A stretch of 33,278 bases of DNA from a virus (Duplodnaviria > Heunggongvirae > Uroviricota > Caudoviricetes): positions 64,001 through 97,278 of the IMG/VR virus record IMGVR_UViG_3300045744_000007. One strand, given 5' to 3'. The position numbers and the translations under genes were made by a program. This document shows, piece by piece, positions 1-9,100 of this stretch. How positions within the stretch are numbered: position 1 is the first letter of the stretch; the number at the start of each line of letters is the position of its first letter. The notes below the pieces were generated by a model that saw only the letters and a list, made by a program, of their open reading frames with translations, was not told the DNA's origin and did not search any database.

Positions 1-8
1 GGAAGAGC

Positions 9-260
9 ATGTCTGACGACATTCAGCACTTCGAGGGCACGGTCGAGAAGGTTCGCGAGGACGGCACTCGGGTCATGTCCTCGTACCTGGAGGGTGGCGA
101 GCGCCTCGCCTCCGAGGTGGACGCGGAGAAGCAGGAGGAGAACCTGCGGGCCGTGCGCGAGGACCGGGGCAAGGAGGAGGACCGGGGCCTGGCGACCGAA
201 GAGAAGACCGTCACGAGCAAGAGCGCGTCCGGTCACACGTCCACGACCCGTAAGGGTTAG
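9..260 (+). CDS. Hypothetical protein (83 aa, charged)
   Basis: ATG preceded by GGAAGAG; high-GC3 codon usage; collinear with the downstream operon. Confidence 0.6.
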   Translation: MSDDIQHFEGTVEKVREDGTRVMSSYLEGGERLASEVDAEKQEENLRAVREDRGKEEDRGLATEEKTVTSKSASGHTSTTRKG

Positions 261-269
261 GAGCTAGCT

Positions 270-689
270 GTGGATCTCTCTCGTCCAGTGGGCGACGACG
301 AAGCTGCGATCGTGGCCCTGGCGTGCTCACTGGACGAGGAGCCCGGCTCGAACTGGGTGCAGAAGGCCGGTGGCCTGCCCGAGTTCATCTGTGAGATGGC
401 TAGGGCGATCAAGCGGGACGGGAAGTCCACGTCGAGCGCTATCGCCATCGCCGTGAGCCGGGTCAAGCAGCTCGCCGCCAAGGGCAACGCCAAGGCCGCC
501 AAGGCTGCCGCTCAGTGGGAGCGGTTGAGGGCGAGGAGCAAGGAGACCGTCAGCGCTTCCGCTCCCTCGGAGGCCGCGCTGGAGACCCTCCTGGACCACT
601 GCATCGGCCGGAGAATGCTCCGAGAGTACGGTTCACAAACGCACAAGCAGCATCTCGACGCGCTGATCAAGCTCGCTCAGAAGGAGTAG
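270..689 (+). CDS. Hypothetical phage protein (139 aa), possibly head-associated
   Basis: AGGAG SD before GTG; stop 1 nt before terL. The segment NWVQKAGGLPEFI...AIAIAVSRVK...AAAQWE resembles a recurrent actinophage protein family (recalled, not searched). Confidence 0.65.
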   Translation: MDLSRPVGDDEAAIVALACSLDEEPGSNWVQKAGGLPEFICEMARAIKRDGKSTSSAIAIAVSRVKQLAAKGNAKAAKAAAQWERLRARSKETVSASAPSEAALETLLDHCIGRRMLREYGSQTHKQHLDALIKLAQKE

Positions 690-690
690 G

Positions 691-2562
691 GTGTCGTCGC
701 TCTCGAAGCTCCTGCTCGCTGACCCGGAGCCCGAGGAGACGCAGGAAAAGCGCGCACTCGAAGATCTCTTCGAGGAAGAGCCTGTTCCTCTCGACGTGTT
801 CGTCCGGGACCCTCTGTTCCTGTCGAACCCTCCGCTCGGGCCGATTCAGTACGAGGCCGTGAAGCACATCGAGAGGATCTATCTGCCCGACCTCTACCCG
901 GTGATGGCGAGAGAGTTCGGGGGCTACTGGGCCGAGCCCGTCCGGATGACGAACTTCGTCACTTTGCAGTGGGGGAAGGGTTCGGGGAAAGACCACATCT
1001 GCCGTGTGGCTTCTCTGCGGGTGGCCTACCTTCTGCTGTGCCTGCGCTCTCCGCAGCTCTACTTCGGGCTGCCTGAGCAGGACACCATCCACATGCTCAA
1101 CATCGCCGCATCGGCCCCGCAGGCGTACCAGGCGTTCTTCGCCCCGATCACTCGTGTGGTCCGGAAGGGCTGGTTCGCTGACCACTGCGAGCCGAAGATG
1201 AACGTCATCTCGTACCACAAGAACGTTGAGGTCATCTCGGGTAACTCCGACGCCGAGACTCAGGAGGGCTTGAACCTCATCCTGGGGATTGCCGACGAGA
1301 TCGACGCCTTCAAGAGCAAGGAGGAACTGGAGAGGTTCCGGGGCAAGCAGGCGCGTGAGCCTACGAAGTCAGCGGAGGGCATTCTCAAGATGCTGAGAAC
1401 CTCCGCTTCGACCCGTTTCCCGGAGTCCTTCAAGAACGTCCGGATCTCCTACCCGAGGTTCAAGGGCTCCACGATCCAGAACCTCACGACGAGGGCGCGA
1501 GAGGACAACGAGAAGCGCGCAGAGACGTCTCGTCACTACGTCTCCGGCCCCAAGCTGACGTGGGAAGTGAACCCCCGCTACGACAAGTTCGAGCGAATTA
1601 CGATCCCGCAGACTGACGCCCTGGTTCCGAACGTGGCCTCGATCATCGAGGACTACGAAGAAGACCCGGACATGGCGAAGATGATGTACGAGTGCCGCCC
1701 GCAGCTTGCGGCCGATCCGTACTTCAAGAACATGGACGCCGTCCGGGGCGCTGTGAAGAGCGAAGAGCAGCCGATCAAGATCGAGTACCGGAAGGTGACG
1801 CTCTCTTCGGGGGCCGAGGTCTGGGAGCCGATCTACCACTTCGATCACGACTTCCGCCCGATCGCCGGGGCGAACTACGCGATGCACGCCGACCTGGCAG
1901 TGACGGGGGACAGAGCGGGTATCGCCATGAGCCACGTCGTGCGCCTGGAGGAGGACATCCGGGACGTCTACGACGAGGAGGGCGCGCTCATCCAGAAGAT
2001 CGAGGTCAGGCCGGTGGTGAAGACCGACTTCGTCATCAGCTTCTCGGCCGACAAGCGAGTCACTCCGCCGCGAGAGATTCAGATCCGGTGGGCCCGGCAG
2101 CTCGCCTTCGAGCTGATCAAGCGCCAGTTCCCGATCAAGAGCTTCACCTTCGATGGCTTCCAGTCCACCGACTCCATGCAGATTCTGTTGGCGCAGGGAA
2201 TCGAGTCGGAGAGGCTCTCCACTGATCTGTCGGAAGACCCCTGGCGGACACTGCGAGACGTGATCTACGAGGGCCGCTTCTCGATGCCCTGGAGCGAGAT
2301 CTGTATCCGGGAACTGGGAGCGCTCGGGCGCTTCGCAAACAAGATCGACCACCCGATCGGGGGATCGAAGGATGAAGCCGACGCGCTGGCCTGCTCGGTG
2401 GTGGGGGCAATCCTGGTCGGGGGCTCTGAATCGGAAGAAGGCGAAGTGGTTTTCCCGAGTGAAACTTCGTTCCTCTGGGGGGCGACACCGGGCGCATCGC
2501 TGATGGAAGACGGCCTGGAGATCGATCCTTTCGTCTTCTCCTCTCCTCTGATGCCGAAGTGA
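691..2562 (+). CDS. terL: Terminase large subunit
   Basis: Walker A WGKGSGKD, Walker B LILGIADE, RNase H-like nuclease acidic motifs (MHADLA, FTFDGFQS, GGSKDEADALA); directly upstream of the portal. Confidence 0.93.
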   Translation: MSSLSKLLLADPEPEETQEKRALEDLFEEEPVPLDVFVRDPLFLSNPPLGPIQYEAVKHIERIYLPDLYPVMAREFGGYWAEPVRMTNFVTLQWGKGSGKDHICRVASLRVAYLLLCLRSPQLYFGLPEQDTIHMLNIAASAPQAYQAFFAPITRVVRKGWFADHCEPKMNVISYHKNVEVISGNSDAETQEGLNLILGIADEIDAFKSKEELERFRGKQAREPTKSAEGILKMLRTSASTRFPESFKNVRISYPRFKGSTIQNLTTRAREDNEKRAETSRHYVSGPKLTWEVNPRYDKFERITIPQTDALVPNVASIIEDYEEDPDMAKMMYECRPQLAADPYFKNMDAVRGAVKSEEQPIKIEYRKVTLSSGAEVWEPIYHFDHDFRPIAGANYAMHADLAVTGDRAGIAMSHVVRLEEDIRDVYDEEGALIQKIEVRPVVKTDFVISFSADKRVTPPREIQIRWARQLAFELIKRQFPIKSFTFDGFQSTDSMQILLAQGIESERLSTDLSEDPWRTLRDVIYEGRFSMPWSEICIRELGALGRFANKIDHPIGGSKDEADALACSVVGAILVGGSESEEGEVVFPSETSFLWGATPGASLMEDGLEIDPFVFSSPLMPK

Positions 2563-2575
2563 CACCAGGGGAGGT

Positions 2576-4780
2576 GTGTCGAGACGTTGGAGGCCAGCCT
2601 TGAGCGACTTGGTGGAGCTGGCTACAGACCAGGTCGATCGAGTGGACCCCAAGGCGACCGACGTCGTCACCCCCAAGAAGCCGACTGATCTCGGGGTCGA
2701 GTACGGGGTCAGTGAGGTTCTCCCCTTCACGACGCCGTACAAGGACGGGCATTCGGTCGAGGTTCTGCGTGAGCAGGGCGAGGACTATGGCCCGAGTGTT
2801 CGGCAGCTTGCCGCCATGCGGCGCACCGATGGGCAGGCACGCGCGCTCTACCGGTTGGTGACGCTGCCGATCCGGTCGGCGCTCAAGAACTCCTCGTTCG
2901 TCCCGGCAGAGGGGGGCGAAGCGGAAGCTGAGTTCATCGACCAGCTTTTCAACCTCCCGCCTGCGGGTGGAGGGATGACCACGCCGTTCCATCGGGTGAT
3001 GGCCGAGATCCTCGTTGCCGTCTTCGATGGGTTTGCCGCGTTCGAGCTGGTCTATTGGCAGCCGACGACTGGGCCGCTCAAGGGGAAGTACACGCTCAAG
3101 AAGATCTCGAAGCGGCCGAGCGAGACGATCACCTTCCTGGCTGACGCGCATGGAGGCTTCGCGGGGCTACGGCAGAGGACGTCCTACCAGGGCCGGACCA
3201 TTGACGTGGAGATCCCGGAAAACAAGGCGTTCTACTACACCTGCCAGGAAGAAGAGCGGAAGTTCTACGGGATCTCGATGTTCCAGAGCGCCTTCTACCA
3301 CTTCGACAAGAAGGTGAAGCTCTACTACATCGCGCACCTGGCAGCTCAGAGAGCGGCAGTCGGGACCCGGAAAGGTGTGATGCCGCTCAACGCTTCGGAC
3401 AAGGACAAGAAGAGCTTCGTCCGGGCGCTGGCCGAGCTGGGCCTGGCGCAGTACATTGCGCTGCCAGGCCCGGACTGGGACGTCGAGAACCTCAAAGAGG
3501 GTGGGACGTTCGACTTCCTGAGCTACATCAACCACCACAACTCGCAGATGTCCAAGTCTGTGCTGGCTGGGTTCTTCGATGAGAACCAGGGTGGGGGCAA
3601 GTCCGACACGAGCATGGTGAACTTCGGAGAGCAGTCCGATGCCATGTTCCTGCTCATGCTCACGTCGATCATGGACGAGATCGCATCGAGCATCAACAAC
3701 TACTTGATCCCTCGGTTCATCGACTGGAACTTCGGTTCGGGGCTGTACCCCACGTTCAAGTGGGGGACGTTCACGGACGAGCAGAAGGGCGCGATCCGGG
3801 AGACCTTCGACAAGCTGGCCGTCGCAGGGCAGAGCCTCACCGCTACCCCCGACTTCGTCTTCGCCCTGGAGAAGCACATGGCGGAGGAGCTGGGGTTGGA
3901 GCTGGACTACGACCAGCTTCAGAAGGAGTTCGACCAGAAGAAGGCCATGCAGCAAGAGGCTGCCGACGTGCAGCACGAGGAGCTGCTCACCTACGGCTCG
4001 CAGGGGCAGAACCCCAACCAGCCTGGGCAGGGACCTGGCGGTGTAGGCGGCCGAGGTGGAGGCCCTGGGGGCGGTGGCAAGCCTCCCGCTCCGCCGAACA
4101 CCCCGCCGGGAGTGGCGCTGTCCTGGCCGCGTACCGACGCCGAGGACCGTCTCCTCGCCCTGGCAGGGATGCTTCTGGAGGGGGCCGACGAGGAGATCGC
4201 CCTGCATGGGGTGCACGGGAAGTCCGGCTACGCCCTGCTGCACAGCCCGAACAAGAGGATCCGAGAGGCCGCAGAGCGAGAGTTCCAAGCCGCGAAGCAG
4301 CGGGGAGCCTCGGACGAGAAGGCACAGGCGAAGATCACTGTGTCCGGGGCCAGGATCGCCTCGCACGAGAAGGCCGGGGGAACGCACACCCTCGTCTCGG
4401 AGGACGGGACCGAGCTGCCGATCCGGTCAGGAGCAGGGGATCACGTCTCCTCGGTGGACGAGCCGGGGGGTGGAGACGGGACGAGTGAGCCGGAGAGGAC
4501 CGTGTCCTACCTTCGGGAGACGTGGTCGAGTACCTCCTCGCCCGGCTACACACTGCGGCGGTTCCTGGACAACACCTACGACGTGGTGAGCCCGGAGGGG
4601 AAGGTCTCGAACCGGAACGAGGACTTCGACTCCGACGCCTGGACGGAAGCTGGCTGGCACCTGAACCCGGGCTCGAGTACGCGAGCCTCTGATTTGGCTG
4701 AGGATGTGGAGATCTTCGATGACGCAGAACCGGAAGACGGACCAGGAGCCTCAAAGTCAAAGCCAGCCCGGCGACCCTGA
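2576..4780 (+). CDS. Portal protein (Mu gp29/DUF935-like) with Gly/Pro linker and C-terminal extension
   Basis: Follows terL; GGGGAGG SD. Segments FDGFAAFELVYW and FYGISMFQSAFYHFDKKVKLY are typical of DUF935 portals; a Mu-type protease and MuF are in the same module. Confidence 0.85.
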   Translation: MSRRWRPALSDLVELATDQVDRVDPKATDVVTPKKPTDLGVEYGVSEVLPFTTPYKDGHSVEVLREQGEDYGPSVRQLAAMRRTDGQARALYRLVTLPIRSALKNSSFVPAEGGEAEAEFIDQLFNLPPAGGGMTTPFHRVMAEILVAVFDGFAAFELVYWQPTTGPLKGKYTLKKISKRPSETITFLADAHGGFAGLRQRTSYQGRTIDVEIPENKAFYYTCQEEERKFYGISMFQSAFYHFDKKVKLYYIAHLAAQRAAVGTRKGVMPLNASDKDKKSFVRALAELGLAQYIALPGPDWDVENLKEGGTFDFLSYINHHNSQMSKSVLAGFFDENQGGGKSDTSMVNFGEQSDAMFLLMLTSIMDEIASSINNYLIPRFIDWNFGSGLYPTFKWGTFTDEQKGAIRETFDKLAVAGQSLTATPDFVFALEKHMAEELGLELDYDQLQKEFDQKKAMQQEAADVQHEELLTYGSQGQNPNQPGQGPGGVGGRGGGPGGGGKPPAPPNTPPGVALSWPRTDAEDRLLALAGMLLEGADEEIALHGVHGKSGYALLHSPNKRIREAAEREFQAAKQRGASDEKAQAKITVSGARIASHEKAGGTHTLVSEDGTELPIRSGAGDHVSSVDEPGGGDGTSEPERTVSYLRETWSSTSSPGYTLRRFLDNTYDVVSPEGKVSNRNEDFDSDAWTEAGWHLNPGSSTRASDLAEDVEIFDDAEPEDGPGASKSKPARRP

Positions 4781-4870
4781 GAAGCTCCCGGACGACCGGG
4801 TGATCTCCCGTCCCGGCCCCTCGTACCCTCGTGACACAGTTGAGACGGGATCCGAGCCGGTAGAGGATGC

Positions 4871-5830
4871 ATGACCACTCAGTTCGCTGCGACACTTGAC
4901 GCCAAGGAGACGTCGAGTGTCGCCCTGAGGAAGATCGAGGATCTGAGTCGGGAGGGCATCCGGCGCGGGTTTGCAGTGCTGAGTGGGAAGTTCACGGGGA
5001 TGCTGGCGAGCGTTACTGATCCCGATCTTGAAGAGGCCCTGGCCCGCTTCACGAAGATGATCGAGTCCAGTGCGGGGAACGCCAGACGATCTATCCAGTC
5101 GGCGCATGTCTCTGCGGGTGCTCTGGGGAGCGTCGCCGCGAGTGCTGACCTGGCCCGGCTCGGGGTGTCCGCGCCCAGGGTCCCGGCCCCTGACACCGCC
5201 TACCTCAACTCGGTGCTGTCCGACCTGAACCGGAACGTCGGGGAGATGCTCGGCAACGTCAGGGAGGCCGTGGGCGCGATCTGGAACGCCCCTCCGCCCC
5301 CGGAGTACCAGATGGACCGGGCCAGTGCGGAGGCCGGGAGACTTCAGAGCGTCGAGAGGGAAGTTGCGCGCCTGCTCTCCAACCTGATCAACCGCTCGGA
5401 GCTGGGGGCATCGGCAGTCGCGCATCGTGCTTTCACTGACGCGCAGATGGGCGTCTTCAAGGCCGCTCAGGAGTCCAACCCGGGCCTGTCGTTGCTCAAG
5501 ACGTGGGTGGCCGATCTGAACGCGGAGAAGCCGCCCTGTGCCCTCTGCCAGTCCCTGCATGGGACCTGGGTGGAGCTGGGGGAGGAGTTCCCGCATGGGA
5601 ACGCTGAGGTCTATGGGGGCGACCTTCAGGGTCCGCCGCGTCATCCGAACTGTCGGTGCCGGGTCGTGCCGCACCTGGTGACCCTGGACGAGCCGGAGCC
5701 ATCAGTGCCCCGGTTGCCGGAGGAGCACCGTGCGATCACCGCTGCTGAGATCCGGGCGATGTCTCCTTACCGTCTGCGGGCGATCGTGGCTGCCCTGCTG
5801 GCGCTGATCTCCAAGCTCGGACGTCGATGA
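4871..5830 (+). CDS. MuF / SPP1 gp7-like head morphogenesis (minor head) protein
   Basis: KTW...CALCQSLHG...GPPRHPNCRC signature; directly after the portal. Confidence 0.88.
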   Translation: MTTQFAATLDAKETSSVALRKIEDLSREGIRRGFAVLSGKFTGMLASVTDPDLEEALARFTKMIESSAGNARRSIQSAHVSAGALGSVAASADLARLGVSAPRVPAPDTAYLNSVLSDLNRNVGEMLGNVREAVGAIWNAPPPPEYQMDRASAEAGRLQSVEREVARLLSNLINRSELGASAVAHRAFTDAQMGVFKAAQESNPGLSLLKTWVADLNAEKPPCALCQSLHGTWVELGEEFPHGNAEVYGGDLQGPPRHPNCRCRVVPHLVTLDEPEPSVPRLPEEHRAITAAEIRAMSPYRLRAIVAALLALISKLGRR

Positions 5831-6036
5831 CGACCTTCCGGCCCAAGACCAGGCTTCAAGCGGCAAACCTCCTGCTCACGGCCCTGAACTACGCCTCTGG
5901 GACCTTCGAGGACTTCTCGATTTCGCCCCTCACGGTGGACAAGGTCATGGAGGTCGGCCTCACTGTGACGCCTGTCTCAGAAGATCTGTCTCGAATGTTG
6001 AGACAGGTAGTTGACGACGGTGAACTAGCGCGATAG
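5827..6036 (+). CDS. Hypothetical protein (69 aa)
   Basis: ATGA overlap with the MuF stop; fills the gap before the giant ORF. Confidence 0.6.
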   Translation: MTTFRPKTRLQAANLLLTALNYASGTFEDFSISPLTVDKVMEVGLTVTPVSEDLSRMLRQVVDDGELAR

Positions 6037-6101
6037 GGTCGTTCTCAGTGCCAGACCGAAGAAAGATCTGACCTGTGCGACCTTGAGGAGGGCTCACCGC
6101 T

Positions 6102-9100
6102 ATGCCGCCGTCTTGGAGCGATGAGCCGCTCGAGAACTGGGTGGAGATCCAGACGCCCCAGGAGGATGTGAGCCTCAAGGCTTACTCGAAGAAGTATTTC
6201 GAGTCTCCCGAGAATAAGTGGGCCAAGGCCGAGTTCAAGATCATCAACTGGGCTGAGATCAAGGAGACTGTCAAGGAGTACCCGTCTTATAAGAACTTCG
6301 AGGAGTCGTACCTCACGACTTACCTGGAGAACTCCAAGGGTGGGAAAACGGGAAGCCTCGACAAGGTCGTGGGTCTGGCGTCCGCGCCGGGCGGGGGAAT
6401 CCCCGGGATCACGGACTCCTACTGGGCACACCGGAACGGGAAGCTGGTCAAGGTCTCGAAGTACAAGACGCCGAACCCGGCCGACCCCAACGCTGGCACT
6501 CCGAAGCTGAACACCGGTTCGGCCACCACGCACGTTGCTGCCGACGTCCCCTCTGACGCGACCCCGGTCGGTTCCGGGGGCAAGCACGTCGGCTACATCA
6601 AGTCGTCCGGGACGTCGGGGAAGGTCCACGCCTGGAACTACAAGGGCCAGGAGCTTGTCGGGGAGTTCGACAAGGCGGAAGCCAAGACGCTGCTGGCAAC
6701 CATCTTCAAGTCCCAGCAGACGTACAAGAACAAGAAGGCTCCCGAGCACCCTCCGGTCAAGTACGTGGAGAAGATGGCTGCGCAGGCGGCCAAGGAGGCT
6801 TCTCCGGTCGAGGCCCTGTTCCCGCCCGTGGGTTCTCAGGTCACGGAGATGGCGACGCTCAAGTCGCTACCGATCGGCTCGGTGGTGGAGCACCACTTCA
6901 AGGGCTCCACGAACACCTGGAAGAAGATCGACGCCGACATCTGGGAGTCGGACGGTTTCAAGATCAAGTCTGTCGATCTCAAGGAGTCGATGGACGCGGG
7001 CGAGCTGTCGCTCAAGACGATCGGGACCAAGTCTCTGATCCCGGATGAGCCGAAGAAGGTCGACGCTCCGAAGGCTCCCTCCGTCTCCAAGCCCGAGCCC
7101 AAGAAGGAGACGCCGAAGGCTGAGGCCCCCAAGGTCGAGGCTCCGGACAAGAAGGCTGAGTCCGCCCCGGCACCGGAGAAGAAGGCTGAGCCTGCTCCCG
7201 CTCCCGAGAAGAAGGCCGCTCCCGCCCCGGAGTTCAAGAAGGAGACGACGAAGACCGAAGCTCCAGCCTCCCCTGCGGGGAAGGTGAAGATCGGGGGCAA
7301 GGAGTTCTCTGCTGACGATGTCAAGGACGCTATCTCCATCCTGGAGAAGGCCAAGGGCATCATGGTCAAGCAGCCCTTGCAGAAGTACAACAACCCGGTC
7401 TGGGACGTCGACTACAAGGCGCTCGCCAAGGAGCACGTCCCGGGGACGAACGAGACGAAGCCCGCCTTCATCAAGTACCTGAAGGACCAGCTTGGGAAGA
7501 CCGGCGACGCCAAGAAGGTGGACGCCCCGGCTCCGGAGCCCAAGGCTGAGCCGACCAAGGTCGAGAAGATCGCAGAGACGGCGGCCAAGCCGAAGGTCGA
7601 GGCTCCGAAGCCGGTCGACGTCGCGTCCTTCAAGCCGGGTCAGAAGCTCACTCCGGAGGAGGTCAAAGCTCTTCCGATCGGCGCGAAGATTGCTTTTAAC
7701 TACGCGCCGAATCACATCTACGAAAAGAATGCTGCCGACGAGTGGCAGACTCCTACTGGTGTTCTGCTTGGGAACACCGTTTTTACGGCTGTGCCGAGTG
7801 CTGTTAGCCTGCACTCGCTGCCGGGTGGCGAGAAGGTGGAAGAGCCCAAGGTCGAGGCTCCGAAGCCTGCAAAGCCCGGCCCGGTCACCTCCCTGACGGA
7901 CTTCATGAGCCTGCCGGTGGGGACGAAGGTGACTTACACCTCCGCAATCATTAGCGCTGGCCCCAAGGAGTTCACGAAGACCGAGAATGGCTGGACGAGC
8001 CCGAGCCACTCCTCGCCGCTGCCCGATTCCGCTTTTGCCGGGGCAATCAAGCTCGGAAAGGTTGCGGTCACGGGGAAGGTCGAGGCGACCGAGGTCAAGA
8101 AGGTTGAGCCGACTCCTGCTCCCGAGAAGGTGGGCCCCAAGCCTGGCGACAAGCTGACGAAGGAGACGTTCGCTTCCCTCCCTGCTGGCGCTGTCGTCGC
8201 GAACAAGTATTCGCAGTACAAGAAAGGCCCCAATGGGGGATGGTCGAACGCTGCCAGTGCGGTTCCGCAGTTCAAGATTTCTGACTCGGCGTTCGACAAC
8301 ACCATTGCCAATGGCAACCTGACGCTCCACAGCCTTCCGAGCGACGCCCCGGCTCCGAAGGCGTCCCCCTCTGTGGGTCAAGCGCTCACGAAGGACGACC
8401 TTGACGCGCTTCCGAATGGTTCGGTGGTCAAGGACCCTGAGGGCATTAGTTGGACGAAGAACAATAAGTCCGAGTGGAATCTGTCTAAGTACGTCAACCA
8501 GATCTCGGGTCTTCCTTCGTCCAGTATCGCTGACCACAAGCTGACGCTCGTTTCGGCCGCCCCTAAGCCCGGTGACAAGCTGACGCAGGAGACGCCGAAG
8601 GCCGAGACTTCCAAGGTCGAGGCTCCGAAGCCTGCCGCCCCGAGTGCCAACGCTGTGAACTGGGCTCCGGTGATCGAGGGGAAGGACTTCCACAACCTCG
8701 TCAAGAGCTACTACTCCACCGCGACCGAGCTGCGGGACACCATCAAGGAGATGGCCGCTCACCTCGGGTTGGCTGGGGTCATCGGCCAGCACATGACCGG
8801 GACGTCCGATCGGAAGGCGTGGATCGAGGCCGTCTACAAGGGTGACCTCGTCAAGGCGTACCAGATCGAGGAGGCTGCGGCTAAGGCGAAGGGGAAGGTC
8901 CACGCCAAGGCCAAGAAGCACCCGGGCGCTCCGGGGAACTCGGGGAACATCGAGGTTGCTCCGGCCGTCGCGGGGGAGCTGAAGGCTGGTTCTCCGCTCT
9001 CCGGTCCGGGCGTCCCGGAGAACCTGAAGGCCGCTCTCCTCGACACCTACCCGTCGAACGAGACGGTCGACGCTGTTCTTCTCGCTGCGGGGATGAAGAA

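Noticed and set aside
691-2562. Intein or intron in the terminase (also considered for portal and protease)
   Set aside because: Motif spacing is normal, no Cys...His-Asn splice-junction or LAGLIDADG block was seen, and the reading frame is uninterrupted.
4781-4870. Inverted repeats between portal and MuF (CCCGG/CCGGG, TCCCGTC/GACGGGA)
   Set aside because: Short stems in very GC-rich sequence are expected by chance; no second copy or supporting context.
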